A DNA stretch of 64,000 nt from Bdellovibrionales bacterium. GTDB lineage: Bacteria > Bdellovibrionota > Bdellovibrionia > Bdellovibrionales > JAUICD01. Each line of letters opens with the position of its first letter. Position 1 is the first letter of the stretch. Both the position numbers and the translations under genes were made by a program. The notes below the pieces were generated by a model. That model had not been told where the DNA came from. It searched no databases and worked only from the letters and a program-made list of their open reading frames with translations. Positions 35,733 through 46,400 of the stretch are shown one piece after another. The stretch covers positions 1,024,001 through 1,088,000 of the forward strand of contig OZ253553.1 of assembly GCA_965262715.1 (NCBI GenBank), read 5' to 3'.

Positions 35733-37448
35733 TTATTTCATCTCCACAGGAGTAAAGATATTACGACCTAAGGGATCTATTTTGTAATTGGATACGTTTT
35801 TTCTCATCCCGCGATATACAGTTGAATGAAAAAGTAAAGCCCATGGAACTTCCTCTCTAAATATCTCCTGAGCTTTTTTATAAAGTTGTATCCGGCTTTC
35901 TTGCTCCTTATTGTTTGTGACTCTGGCCTTTGTGACAAGGTTATCAAAAGAGGTATGACACCAACGAGCCAGATTTTGTCCCCCTTCAATGGCCCCACAA
36001 TTTAAAAGATAAAGAAAGTTATCAGGATCACCATTATCTCCTGTCCATCCATACTGAGCTAAAAAATGTTCTCCTTTATGGGCTTTATCTATATAAGTAG
36101 GCCAATCATAAGTGAGTATTCTCGTTTTAATACCTACTCTGGCTAAATCAGCTTGCATCATCTCTCCTAATTTCTTGCCAGAAGGAATATAAGGCCTTGC
36201 CACAGGCAGAACCCATAAATCTGTCTCAAATCCTTTAGATAAACCTGCTTTTTTGAGTAAGGTCTTGGCCTTTTCAACATCATAATCATATGCTGTGATA
36301 CCAGTATGATAACCCCAAATCATTGGAGGAAGCGGACTCTTTGCTATTTCTGCATTTCCTAAATAAACAGCCTGAAGATAAGCTTTTTTGTTAAGAGCAT
36401 GATTGATAGCTTGACGCACCAACTTATTATCAAAAGGTTTCTTCTCTGTATTCATAGCCAAATAGCCTATATTAAATCCTGGCTTTTTCATCAAAACTAA
36501 ATTTGTATCCCTTCTAATAGCCTCTAGATCTGCTGGTGCAGGATATGTAATAAACTGGCATTCATTGGCTCTTAACTTTTGCAAACGCACATTGGCATCA
36601 GGTGTGATAGCAAAAATGAGGTTTTTAATATTACCTCTCTTTGTCAAAGAATAGTCCTCAAAAGCCTCAAACCGAATAGAAGTATCTCTGACATAATTCT
36701 TAAGTATAAATGGACCATTTCCAATAGGCTCATGGTCTATCTTCTCAGGTGTTTTTGCTTCTAACAGCTTATCCCCATATTCTTTGGATAAAATAGATGC
36801 AAAGTCCATAGCTAAGTTAGCAGTGAAAGGAGCATTTGGCTCTGAAAGAATAAACTTAACTCTATAATCATTAATTTTAATGATATCTTTAATAAGCTTA
36901 TCCATTTCCATCGATTGAAAATACTTATAAGTACCAACAACTTTATGATAAGGATGTTTAGGGTCCCTCTGCCTGTTAAAACTAAAAAGCACATCATCTG
37001 CATTAAACTCCCTGGTAGGAGTAAAGTAAGGTGTAGTATGAAACTTCACACCTTTTTTAAGGTCAAGTGTGTATTCCAAACCTTTTTCATCCACAGTCCA
37101 TCCTTCTTCAACCAAGCTAGGGATAACTTCTGTTGTACCATCCTTAAAATCAAAAAGACGTTCATAAATATGATGAGTGGCATCAAGTACAGTGCCACTC
37201 ACTTCAATCTGGGGATTAAAGCTAGCTATATTTCCTTCTGAACAGAACACAAGAGTGTTATTTGCAGCAGAGCCTGTAACACCTTTTTTTGCTTCATTTG
37301 CAGGATCACTTTGAGTTGTTTCTTCTTGATTTCTAGTGCAAGCTGTGATGGATAGATGTAATATTGAACATATAAAAAGTAATTGAAAGAATCTTGTCAA
37401 TGGTGTTACAAATAGCACATTAAGCTTAAGTGTACTCCTCAAAGCCAT
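35733..37448 (-). CDS. dppA: dipeptide ABC transporter substrate-binding lipoprotein, paralog 3
   Basis: Same family-5 SBP motifs, more diverged. Confidence 0.9.
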   Translation of the reverse strand: MALRSTLKLNVLFVTPLTRFFQLLFICSILHLSITACTRNQEETTQSDPANEAKKGVTGSAANNTLVFCSEGNIASFNPQIEVSGTVLDATHHIYERLFDFKDGTTEVIPSLVEEGWTVDEKGLEYTLDLKKGVKFHTTPYFTPTREFNADDVLFSFNRQRDPKHPYHKVVGTYKYFQSMEMDKLIKDIIKINDYRVKFILSEPNAPFTANLAMDFASILSKEYGDKLLEAKTPEKIDHEPIGNGPFILKNYVRDTSIRFEAFEDYSLTKRGNIKNLIFAITPDANVRLQKLRANECQFITYPAPADLEAIRRDTNLVLMKKPGFNIGYLAMNTEKKPFDNKLVRQAINHALNKKAYLQAVYLGNAEIAKSPLPPMIWGYHTGITAYDYDVEKAKTLLKKAGLSKGFETDLWVLPVARPYIPSGKKLGEMMQADLARVGIKTRILTYDWPTYIDKAHKGEHFLAQYGWTGDNGDPDNFLYLLNCGAIEGGQNLARWCHTSFDNLVTKARVTNNKEQESRIQLYKKAQEIFREEVPWALLFHSTVYRGMRKNVSNYKIDPLGRNIFTPVEMK

Positions 37449-37580
37449 GATCCCTCCTATTTGATGATGACATTACTGCACTATTAAAAAAAATTATACG
37501 TTGTCTCTAAGAGATACATAGTCTTAAATATAATATTTATCAACTATTAAATTAATATATATTTATAATGAGATATATAA

Positions 37581-38471
37581 GTGAATACAATAGAGAGCCA
37601 TATCCCAATTTGCACTACGGAAATCCTCCAAAATATACCCGTTCATTCTAAATATTTTTTGGATGCCACATTTGGTAGGGGCGGGCACACTCAAGCTTTA
37701 TTGAATAATTTTCCAAATAGCCAAATTATGGCCATTGATTGTGATATTGCCGCTATCAACTATGCTAGAGAAAATTTAGGCTCTTTCATACAAAATGGGA
37801 GATTAAGAGTTTTTCATGAAAACCTCTTTGATATAGACAGTTTTTTAGAAAATCATCGATTTGATGTTATCCTTGTTGACTTAGGGGTCAGTTCCCCTCA
37901 ACTAGAGGACCCAAAAAGAGGTTTTAGTCTTTACCATGATGGGCCCCTTGATATGCGAATGAACCAACAACAATCCTTAACAGCAGCTGATTTGATCAAT
38001 AAATTTTCTGAAAAGCAGTTGATAGGAATGTTTCAAAAATATGGCGAGATTAAACGCCCCCACAGAGTGGTAAAAACTATTTTTCGACAAAGGAAACAAT
38101 ACCCCATCAATAGTACCTTACAGTTATCTGACCTTATTGCTCAAATCAGTAAATGGAAAAAAAAAGGCAGTCACCCAGCTACTTCATACTTTAGAGCTTT
38201 AAGGATTGTTGTGAACAATGAACTTGATGATTTAGAAATAGGATTAATTTCTTTAATAAAGCATTTGAGAATACAAGGTCGTCTATTCGTGATTTCATTC
38301 CATTCTTCAGAGGATCGTATTGTTAAGAATGTTTTTCGTGCAGAAAAGGATTTAGGCCACCCAGTTTATAAAAAAGTGATCATACCTTCATACGAAGAGC
38401 AAAAAAACAACCCTAGATCTCGTAGTGCAAAGCTGCGTATTTTTCAAAGAGACTCATCCTCTCAAAATTAA
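37581..38471 (+). CDS. rsmH: 16S rRNA C1402 methyltransferase
   Basis: DATFGRGGHT, DLGVSSPQL, GPLDMRM, ISFHSSEDRIVK, NPRSRSAKLR. Confidence 0.95.
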   Translation: MNTIESHIPICTTEILQNIPVHSKYFLDATFGRGGHTQALLNNFPNSQIMAIDCDIAAINYARENLGSFIQNGRLRVFHENLFDIDSFLENHRFDVILVDLGVSSPQLEDPKRGFSLYHDGPLDMRMNQQQSLTAADLINKFSEKQLIGMFQKYGEIKRPHRVVKTIFRQRKQYPINSTLQLSDLIAQISKWKKKGSHPATSYFRALRIVVNNELDDLEIGLISLIKHLRIQGRLFVISFHSSEDRIVKNVFRAEKDLGHPVYKKVIIPSYEEQKNNPRSRSAKLRIFQRDSSSQN

Positions 38472-38702
38472 TTTATTAAATAAAAAAAGTATCTCATTTA
38501 ATGGCACAACAGACATGAGTATTTTAGACAGTTGTCAAAAATAGTCACTTTTATCTACCCATCACTTAATTCAAGAAACCCACTCTTCCTAAATGCCCCA
38601 ACAAAAGCAGTGAAATAAATTTTTTAGAAATACATACTAAAGTAAATCTTATAAAATACCCTTAAGGTAAGCTTATGCATAATATCATAGCTAAAAACTA
38701 GC

Positions 38703-39107
38703 ATGAACCATGCAAACAACTATTTTAAAAGGATAAGAATGAAGTTTATTAAAGAGATAAGCTATAAAATCAGAGGCCATCAAGATAAGCTTTCTGGACA
38801 CTTTCCTAATGAAGTTTTAGGGGCTGATAGCATAAAACCTATTTTAAGTTGTATAATAGTAATTCTGGCAATGATGACTGTTGTGTTTGCTAAAATGGAA
38901 GTGCGCAGGTTGGGATATGCTGTCTTTAAGCTCACTCAGAAGGAAAGAGATTTAACAGATGAGCACTTAAAAAAACAAGTCTTCTTAGCTCATTTGAATC
39001 GACCAGAACGCATCGAACACTTAGCTCGAACTAGATTAAACTTAAGAAAAGCTAAAAAAGGGCAAATCATTCAGCTCATTGCTGGTAGAGTGGCTCTTAA
39101 ACATTGA
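38703..39107 (+). CDS. ftsL: cell division protein FtsL-like
   Basis: Single TM plus coiled coil, L.RPERIE..AR..L; between rsmH and ftsI; start uncertain. Confidence 0.75.
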   Translation: MNHANNYFKRIRMKFIKEISYKIRGHQDKLSGHFPNEVLGADSIKPILSCIIVILAMMTVVFAKMEVRRLGYAVFKLTQKERDLTDEHLKKQVFLAHLNRPERIEHLARTRLNLRKAKKGQIIQLIAGRVALKH

Positions 39108-39131
39108 TTTTATTTTTACTGGAATTTACTA

Positions 39132-41069
39132 ATGAGATACAGAATTAAGTGGGTGATATTTTTTTTTAGTTGTATTTGGTTAAGCCTTTTTGCAAGGTTA
39201 GTCCAAATACAAATACTTCCACATCCTCAACTAGAAAAGTTTAAGACACGTCAGTACACATCTCTTGTCACACTTCAAGCAAGGCGTGGAGATATTTTAG
39301 ACCGCAACGGAGCTGAACTTGCAAGCTCTTTAAAAGTTCACTCTCTATTTGCTGATCCAACATTGATTAAAAATCCTAAAAAAGTAGCCTTAAAAATTTC
39401 TAAAAAATTTAAGACTTCTTATCAAAAAATATATAAAAGCCTAACGAAAGAAAAAACACACTTCGTATGGATAAAAAGAAAACTAGACCTTAAAGACAAA
39501 CAAGAAGTCCTTTCTTGGGATATTCAAGGACTAGGTTTTATAGAAGAATTCAAACGAGTTTATCCAAAAGGGCATCTTTTCAGTCAAGTTCTAGGTTTTA
39601 TAGGTATTGATGGCATAGGTTTAGAAGGTATCGAAGGATATTATGATCATCTTTTATCAGGTCAATCTTTTAAAGCCAGGATTTTAAGAGACGCAAAAGG
39701 ACGTCCCTTATTAGGTGAAAATAGTTTCTTTTTTGAAAGACCAAAAGGCAAAACGATCAGACTCACAGTAGATCATGAATTGCAGCATCAACTTTCTAAG
39801 GAACTCGAAAGTGTCACAAAGAAATTTGATGCTGATTTGGCTATAGGTGTGATTTTAGATGCTAAGACTTCAGAAATTCTAGCTATGGGTAACTATCCTT
39901 TTTTTGATGTGAATGTTGCAAAAGATATAGCTCCTATTTTAAGAAGGAATAGGGTCATCACAGATGCTTTTGAACAGGGAAGCACTTTTAAAACCTTTAC
40001 TATTGCATCTGCTTTAAAGGCAGGAATTACCACTCCTCAATCACAGTATGACTGTGAAAAAGGAACTCTTAGAATAGGAAATCATATCATTTCTGAGGCA
40101 GACACATCTCATAAATTTGGGTGGCTTACGGTTTCTGAAGTTTTATCTAAGTCTTCTAATGTGTGCTCTAGTAAAATTGCCTTTGAGGTTAAAGATTATC
40201 GATTGCAATCTTTTTTTCATCTGTTAGGTTTTGGGCAAAAAACAGGTGTGGATTTTTGGGGAGAAAATAGAGGTATTTTACCTAAAACCCCATGGAGAAA
40301 ACTTCGCTTAAGCAACATAGCTTTTGGTCAAGGAGTGAGTGCTACACCTCTACAGGTAGCGAATGCTTATGGAGCTATTGCGAATGGCGGAATTTTAAAT
40401 AAACCTTATTTTTTAAAATCTATTATTGATAATGAAACAGGCAGAAAAGAAGTACAAAGACCTCAAAAAATACATAGAGTGCTAAGTCGTGACTTAGCAA
40501 AGCAAATACAAATGATGTTAATGTTTGCAACAAGCGAAAATGGAACTGGACAATTTGCAAGAGTTTTAGGTTACCCTGTAGCAGGCAAAACAGGAACAGC
40601 ACAAAAAGTCAATACAGAATCCAAAGGGTATTTACCTGGAGCTTATATTGCAAGCTTTGTTGGATTTGCGCCTGCAAATGATCCTCAATTTGTTATCTAT
40701 ATTGCTGTTGATCACCCTAAAAAAAATTCCTATTACGGCTCTGAGGTAGCAGCACCTGTTTTTGCTAATTTAGCTTCATTTGCACTAAGACATCACGGGA
40801 TAACTCCAACTCTTCTTCAAAGTCAGCAAATCTTTAAATTACCTAAAAGACCAACACCTCCCATTGCTAGTCCTTTGCAAAATATTCAATTAACCCGAAT
40901 GCCTGATGTGGAAGGATTGACTATTAAAGAAGTCATGCAAAAACTGCATGGATTAGACATTGATTTTACTTTGATAGGAAGAGGACAAGTAGTCTCTACA
41001 AAACCAAAAAGTGGAGAGCCTATGCCTGAAGATAAAAAAGTTTATTTATTTTTAGATCAAACAATATAA
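39132..41069 (+). CDS. ftsI: penicillin-binding protein 3 with PASTA domain
   Basis: RGDILDRNG, GSTFK, SSN, GKTGTAQK, C-terminal PASTA. Confidence 0.92.
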   Translation: MRYRIKWVIFFFSCIWLSLFARLVQIQILPHPQLEKFKTRQYTSLVTLQARRGDILDRNGAELASSLKVHSLFADPTLIKNPKKVALKISKKFKTSYQKIYKSLTKEKTHFVWIKRKLDLKDKQEVLSWDIQGLGFIEEFKRVYPKGHLFSQVLGFIGIDGIGLEGIEGYYDHLLSGQSFKARILRDAKGRPLLGENSFFFERPKGKTIRLTVDHELQHQLSKELESVTKKFDADLAIGVILDAKTSEILAMGNYPFFDVNVAKDIAPILRRNRVITDAFEQGSTFKTFTIASALKAGITTPQSQYDCEKGTLRIGNHIISEADTSHKFGWLTVSEVLSKSSNVCSSKIAFEVKDYRLQSFFHLLGFGQKTGVDFWGENRGILPKTPWRKLRLSNIAFGQGVSATPLQVANAYGAIANGGILNKPYFLKSIIDNETGRKEVQRPQKIHRVLSRDLAKQIQMMLMFATSENGTGQFARVLGYPVAGKTGTAQKVNTESKGYLPGAYIASFVGFAPANDPQFVIYIAVDHPKKNSYYGSEVAAPVFANLASFALRHHGITPTLLQSQQIFKLPKRPTPPIASPLQNIQLTRMPDVEGLTIKEVMQKLHGLDIDFTLIGRGQVVSTKPKSGEPMPEDKKVYLFLDQTI

Positions 41070-41116
41070 CTTTCAACTTCGTTACTTAATTTATACAAGA
41101 TAATTGGTGCAGTGCT

Positions 41117-41350
41117 TACTCTGCTACTTCTGGTAAAGGACTAAGTCCTCCTCTTGTAAATTCTTGAGAGATGATACGAGCATAATGATTTCCTTTTGCT
41201 CCATCAAATAACTCTTTAGCTTTGTTAATAATTTTAACTGCAACTGTTCTAAAAGTGTCATCATTCGATACAAGAGGTAGGTATTTTGAAAAAAGACTAG
41301 TTATGTCCTCCTCAAAAATCTTTTTATGGTTATATATCTCCCACCAAATA
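41117..41350 (-). pseudogene. C-terminal gene remnant, possibly M4/M36 metallopeptidase
   Basis: Open stretch WWEIY...DTFRTVAVKIINKAKELF...IISQEFTRGGL...* without start; family from pattern recall only. Confidence 0.3.
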
Positions 41351-41770
41351 ATTCACAGACTCAAAATGCTGACATATATTATTTAGAAATAACTTAATAT
41401 AATCAGATATATACAAGAAAACACCTCATTTAGAATAACAATATTATAACTGCTTCTAACCTTCCTATTGATGGCTTCCCTAGTAAAGAAATGATTCAAA
41501 TGGTTATGAATGTGAAAGAAAGAGACTTTTATGATCCAATCAATAAAATTCGCATCACTAACTATAGTACAGCATTTGAAATTCGTACTTTTTGTCAAGT
41601 ATTAGAGAGAAGTGCCACTAGATGTTTTTCTTTAAATCGGGTCCGTTCAATTCTTTAAACTATTTTCATCTCATCAAAAATTCAATAATTTCTCTTATAA
41701 ATAAATCTAAAGTTTATACTAAATTGGACTATATATTGCCATTTTTCATGAAATATGGCAGTATATAGAT

Positions 41771-42904
41771 ATGTTTTTTAAAAGAATTTTGAACTTAAAC
41801 AAACTATTAAAACAAAAAAGTCATTTTTTATTAGGCCCACGTTCGACTGGCAAGTCTTTTTGGATGAAAGAATCACTATCTCCAAAATTGTATATCAATC
41901 TATTGGAACAAGATACTCTCAGAGAACTTCTCATAAATCCATCACGATTAAGAGAAAGGATTTTAGATAAGTTTCCACCTCATAGCCTCATTGTCATTGA
42001 TGAAATTCAAAAAGCTCCTCATTTACTTGACGAAGTTCATTATCTTATAGAAGAACAAAAAATACGTTTTTTATTAACCGGTAGTAGCGCAAGAAAGCTT
42101 AAAAGAGGAGCAGCTAATTTGCTTGCTGGTAGGGCCTGGATGACTTATTTTTTTCCTTTAACATGGAGAGAAATCACTAGCTTTCACTTGATAAAATATC
42201 TTAATTTTGGAGGATTACCTCAAGTTTACACTTCAAAGTTCCCCAGAAAAGAACTTAACAGCTATGTTAATCTTTACATAAAAGAGGAGATACAAGAAGA
42301 GGGGCTTATTAGAAAACTTAGTCAATTCCTTATTTTTTTTGATACTTTAGGCCTTGTAAGTGGAGAAGAATTAAATTATCAAGGATGGAGTTCTGATACA
42401 GGTATTCCAAGAAAAACCCTACAAAGTTATGTTCAGCTTTTGCAAGATACTCTTTTAGCCTTTGAACTGCCAGCTTTTACTAAAACTAAAAAACGTAAAG
42501 CTGTTTCTAGATCAAAACTCTATTTATTTGATATTGGTGTTGCTAACTTTTTGGCAAAAAAAGGCCAAATTAAGGCAAGATCTAAGGAATTTGGTAAAGC
42601 CTTTGAACATTTTATTATCCAAGAGTGCAGAGCTTATAATTCTTATCTAGATAAGAATTGGCAGCTATCTTATTGGAGAAGTCATTCACAAATGGAAGTA
42701 GATCTCTGCCTTAGTACAGAGTGGGCCCTAGGAATTAAAGGAATAGATAGAATAGCAACACATCATTTAAAAGGTTTAAAAGCTTTAAAGCAAGAAGGTT
42801 TATTTAAAAATTATGGTGTTGTTTGTTTAGAAAAGTACAAAAGACAAATAGATGGTATAACTATATGGCCATGGCAAGAGTTTTTAAAACATATAAGCCG
42901 ATAA
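41771..42904 (+). CDS. AAA_14 + DUF4143 ATP-binding protein
   Basis: GPRSTGKS, IDEIQK, LTGSS, LAGR, FGGLP, KLYLFDIG, EVD. Confidence 0.88.
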   Translation: MFFKRILNLNKLLKQKSHFLLGPRSTGKSFWMKESLSPKLYINLLEQDTLRELLINPSRLRERILDKFPPHSLIVIDEIQKAPHLLDEVHYLIEEQKIRFLLTGSSARKLKRGAANLLAGRAWMTYFFPLTWREITSFHLIKYLNFGGLPQVYTSKFPRKELNSYVNLYIKEEIQEEGLIRKLSQFLIFFDTLGLVSGEELNYQGWSSDTGIPRKTLQSYVQLLQDTLLAFELPAFTKTKKRKAVSRSKLYLFDIGVANFLAKKGQIKARSKEFGKAFEHFIIQECRAYNSYLDKNWQLSYWRSHSQMEVDLCLSTEWALGIKGIDRIATHHLKGLKALKQEGLFKNYGVVCLEKYKRQIDGITIWPWQEFLKHISR

Positions 42905-42996
42905 AAATTGTATATGACAATATGCGTTTTTATATTAAAACCTATAAAATAGACAATACAAGATAGAGGGCTTCATATAAGATATATAAGAAAGAA

Positions 42997-43070
42997 GGTG
43001 ACGTAGCCAAGTGGTTAGGCAGAGGTCTGCAAAACCTTGTACGCCGGTTCGAATCCGGCCGTCACCTCCA
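42997..43070 (+). tRNA. tRNA-Cys (GCA)
   Basis: GGTGACG/CGTCACC acceptor stem, CTGCAAA anticodon loop, GGTTCGAATCC, U discriminator, CCA. Confidence 0.96.
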
Positions 43071-43303
43071 CTCACCCAATTTATCATTAACTTTAAATCG
43101 ATGATTATAAAAGCTTTGTATTTGGCATTATTGATCTAAACATTTTTTTAAATCTACTCATAAATAGCTGTTATTACTGTTAAATCCACCAGATACACTA
43201 CATCTTCTACTTTTTATACCATTTTATAGTCACTTATGTTAGAGCTTTAAGGTCAATATATCTAGATACCTGGATATCTGGATATTATAAAAGGAGATTT
43301 ATC

Positions 43304-43867
43304 TTGTTATTTTTTCATATAAGAATCATACCTATATTTTTTGTCTTATTCTTTATAGTAAGTTCCAGTTTGATGTTTTTAGAAAGCTCTAATGCACAAA
43401 ATAAAGATGAAACCCCAATAGCTGTTAAAGAGACAAACGAAATAGTGATGATGGAACCTTTATTATTTCAAGCTGTTGAAGAAAATAACCTAGCATCCGT
43501 TAAAGACATTCTTATGCGAGGTATTGATCCTAATGTACGCGGTACAAATGGTCAAACGCCATTGATGATAGCTGTAAGACTTGAGAATGTGGAAATAGTT
43601 CTTGCTTTATTAGATGCAGAAGCAGATCCTAATATGAAAGACGATTCTGGCAACACACCTGTAACTATAGCACTTACCAAAATATATGAATCTAGAAAGG
43701 GCTTTAATGAAGTAGAACAGGCAGTCAGTGCTTTAAAAGAGGTAAGTACAAAGGACCTATTAAAAATATTTACATTTGATATTATAAATAAAGATCTCCT
43801 TATGATAATTACAGCTTTAACATCATACGGACCATGTAGAAATGCCCTTTTAGAAAAGCCTTCTTAA
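43304..43867 (+). CDS. secreted ankyrin-repeat protein
   Basis: Signal peptide; GQTPLMIAV...LLDAEADPN..DDSGNTPV repeats; GGAG RBS. Confidence 0.85.
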   Translation: MLFFHIRIIPIFFVLFFIVSSSLMFLESSNAQNKDETPIAVKETNEIVMMEPLLFQAVEENNLASVKDILMRGIDPNVRGTNGQTPLMIAVRLENVEIVLALLDAEADPNMKDDSGNTPVTIALTKIYESRKGFNEVEQAVSALKEVSTKDLLKIFTFDIINKDLLMIITALTSYGPCRNALLEKPS

Positions 43868-43892
43868 TATATCTAAGACAGAACGAAAAAAG

Positions 43893-46400
43893 TTAAAAAA
43901 ACCAACCTGAAGAGGTAGCTGTTTTCCTTGTTTTTATAAAATCCTTTATTTTGATAAGCAAGCCTAACAGAAAGGTTAGGATAGATATATAAGCTGCTAT
44001 TTTCCAGCTAAGGTTTTGTCCAAAATCAAAACGTATTTTGTTTTGTGAAGGGATAATACCTATCATGCCCGGTGAAACTAAGTAAATAGGATCATTTGCA
44101 GAGTTTTTCCAAGAGCCATGATAAGCGAATTTAACGATATGAGGTACATGAAGACAGTTTGTCTCAAAGTCAAATCCAAAAAAGTCTACGGCAACATTTG
44201 TATCACAATCTTTTTGAGTATTGCTTTCAATAGCTTGTTTGAAGTTGTTGACATCAGTACCTACGTTTATCAATTGCCATTGATGATTTCCATTATACTG
44301 ATCAAACCACTCATTCATTTTATGTCTCCAGCCACTTGTTTTTTTAATAATACTTGCAGAGCCATAAAGAGGTTCTATTAACTGAGGTGGATTTTTTGTT
44401 TTATATAAAGTCCAGGGGCCATAGTTTCCATCTTCAATAAGATAGGATGCTTTTTGTATTTTCTCTTTGCTTTCTTGTGTCGCAAGGATAAGATGCCCCA
44501 CTCCCATCAATTCGAGTTTTGCATCAAGAGTGTTAATATTGTTCTCTGGACATAAATAAAAAGATAAAGGGCATTCTTGTATAGTGCTAATTTTATCTTG
44601 TAAATAATGAGCTGCTGGTGAAAGTAAATTGGATTCTATGTACAAACCTACTAAAGAGGCTCTAGAAATAGAAGATGGCAAAATTCTAAATAACATTTCA
44701 ATTGCTACTAAATTTTTTGGAGGCTCATATTCAGAAACAATGCGTGGCTTAGATAAGCCAGATTTGAAATGTTTATAAAGTTCTTTTGAATCCTGATAGT
44801 TTTCTTTAGAATACCATCCTGAATAGTGATATCTAATTTTATCAGGTAACTTGTCTACATGAAAAGATGTCCATAGGATACAGAATAAAACTGTTAAAAG
44901 AGTAATTGAGTGAAATACAACCTTTTTTGGAAAATAAATCTTTAATAAAAAAGCGTATAAAATTCCTATAATAATCGATAGAAAGAGCAATATCGGAGAG
45001 ATGGCTCGATAGTCTACAAGCCCTATTGCAGGGAATATAAAAAATAAACCTAAATAAACAAGAGAAGGCAATATCCAAAAAAATAAATGCCTCCATATTT
45101 TAGACAGAAAATCAAAAAGACTACCTCTTATCAAAAATGTACAAAAAACAAAAAAACAACTAACAAACAGGAATCCAAAAGAGGGATAAAGTGTATGAAG
45201 TAAAACATTTAAAAGTGCTAACAAGAAAGAAATAGCTTTTGAAGAGTAATCTTTTAATAAAAATACATATAAAATACTAAAAGGAATTATTAAACACAAT
45301 AAAGCTGGATAAACAGTTTGATAACTTATAAGCCCTATCTTTGGGAAGGTAGAAGACAGTCCTAAATAAATAAGAGATGGTAGAATCCAAAGCGATAAAT
45401 ATCCAAAGTTTTTGAGGTAAGAGTTAGAAGGACTTCTTTTTACAAACAAGGCTATAATGGCAAAGTAGCAAATAAAAAGAGTGGCATACAGAAGATAGAG
45501 AATAGGAGATGAAGTAAATGCTGTGATAAAGCTATTAAAACCAGTATATCTGGCATGTGGAGTTATCCATTGGGAGTTATCTATCATTGGCCATAAAAAC
45601 CAAGCAGAAAGCAGCAGTACACTAACACCTGTTAGCACTAAAATCTTTAGCCAGTAAAATACCTGCTTTTTATCTTTAGCAAAAACCAAAGAGGATAAGA
45701 AGAATATAGGAACAATGATAAAGATATAGGCATGGGATAAAGCTGTAGCAGAGAAAAAACAAATAGCACTAAAGGAGATTTTATTATTTTTAAGAGCTTC
45801 AAATAAAAAACCAAGTCCTAAAAAAAGAAAACAAATTGCATAAGCATAGGTAAAATTTCCATTAACAGTACTGTAAGCAGACCCATAATAAGGGGAAGTT
45901 TCATGATATAAGAAAAGTAAGATAAGCCCTGCAGTTATTAAAGGAGAAGAATTTTTCAATCCTATCTTTTTTACACAAAAATAAACAGATAAAGGGAGCA
46001 AGAAAATAGGTAGAAATGAGCCAATTTTATAAGCCAATCCAAGCTCTATAAAAAACCCCATAAGTCCTATTAAGATAAATGGCAATGGAAAATAATGTAC
46101 GAGGAGTGGCTCACCGGCAAAGTTACCAGGATTCCATAACCGCAGCGTAAAATTAGAAAATCCTATATTTTTTAAAAAGTGGACTGTTTGAAAATGTAAT
46201 CCTAAATCTCCTCCAGTTGGAGGAAGTAAACTAAAAACATCTTTAGTCAGATATGAAGCCGTAAACAAACATATTAAAAGCAACCCTAAAGTATTAACAA
46301 TTTGCTCTGAAGCAAAGACAGTTTTCATCTTTTCTCTAAATACTTTTAAAATCATATAGAAAGGTATTCTAATTTTGTTTATTAGGTTTAAAGTTGGCAT
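43893..46400 (-). CDS. PTPS-related/YfhO-like polytopic membrane protein (GT-C-like glycosyltransferase)
   Basis: TGGDLGLH, WNPGNFAGEPLLVHYFPLP, LSAWFLWP; many TM helices and a soluble C-terminal domain. Confidence 0.7.
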   Translation of the reverse strand: MPTLNLINKIRIPFYMILKVFREKMKTVFASEQIVNTLGLLLICLFTASYLTKDVFSLLPPTGGDLGLHFQTVHFLKNIGFSNFTLRLWNPGNFAGEPLLVHYFPLPFILIGLMGFFIELGLAYKIGSFLPIFLLPLSVYFCVKKIGLKNSSPLITAGLILLFLYHETSPYYGSAYSTVNGNFTYAYAICFLFLGLGFLFEALKNNKISFSAICFFSATALSHAYIFIIVPIFFLSSLVFAKDKKQVFYWLKILVLTGVSVLLLSAWFLWPMIDNSQWITPHARYTGFNSFITAFTSSPILYLLYATLFICYFAIIALFVKRSPSNSYLKNFGYLSLWILPSLIYLGLSSTFPKIGLISYQTVYPALLCLIIPFSILYVFLLKDYSSKAISFLLALLNVLLHTLYPSFGFLFVSCFFVFCTFLIRGSLFDFLSKIWRHLFFWILPSLVYLGLFFIFPAIGLVDYRAISPILLFLSIIIGILYAFLLKIYFPKKVVFHSITLLTVLFCILWTSFHVDKLPDKIRYHYSGWYSKENYQDSKELYKHFKSGLSKPRIVSEYEPPKNLVAIEMLFRILPSSISRASLVGLYIESNLLSPAAHYLQDKISTIQECPLSFYLCPENNINTLDAKLELMGVGHLILATQESKEKIQKASYLIEDGNYGPWTLYKTKNPPQLIEPLYGSASIIKKTSGWRHKMNEWFDQYNGNHQWQLINVGTDVNNFKQAIESNTQKDCDTNVAVDFFGFDFETNCLHVPHIVKFAYHGSWKNSANDPIYLVSPGMIGIIPSQNKIRFDFGQNLSWKIAAYISILTFLLGLLIKIKDFIKTRKTATSSGWFF

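Noticed and set aside
41436..41658. Plus-strand open stretch NNIITASNLPIDGFPSKEM...
   Set aside because: No convincing start or RBS and no recognisable family; left unannotated
42997..43300. tRNA-Cys as an integrase attachment site
   Set aside because: No integrase and no duplicated tRNA 3-prime end found within the window; island status rests on gene content only
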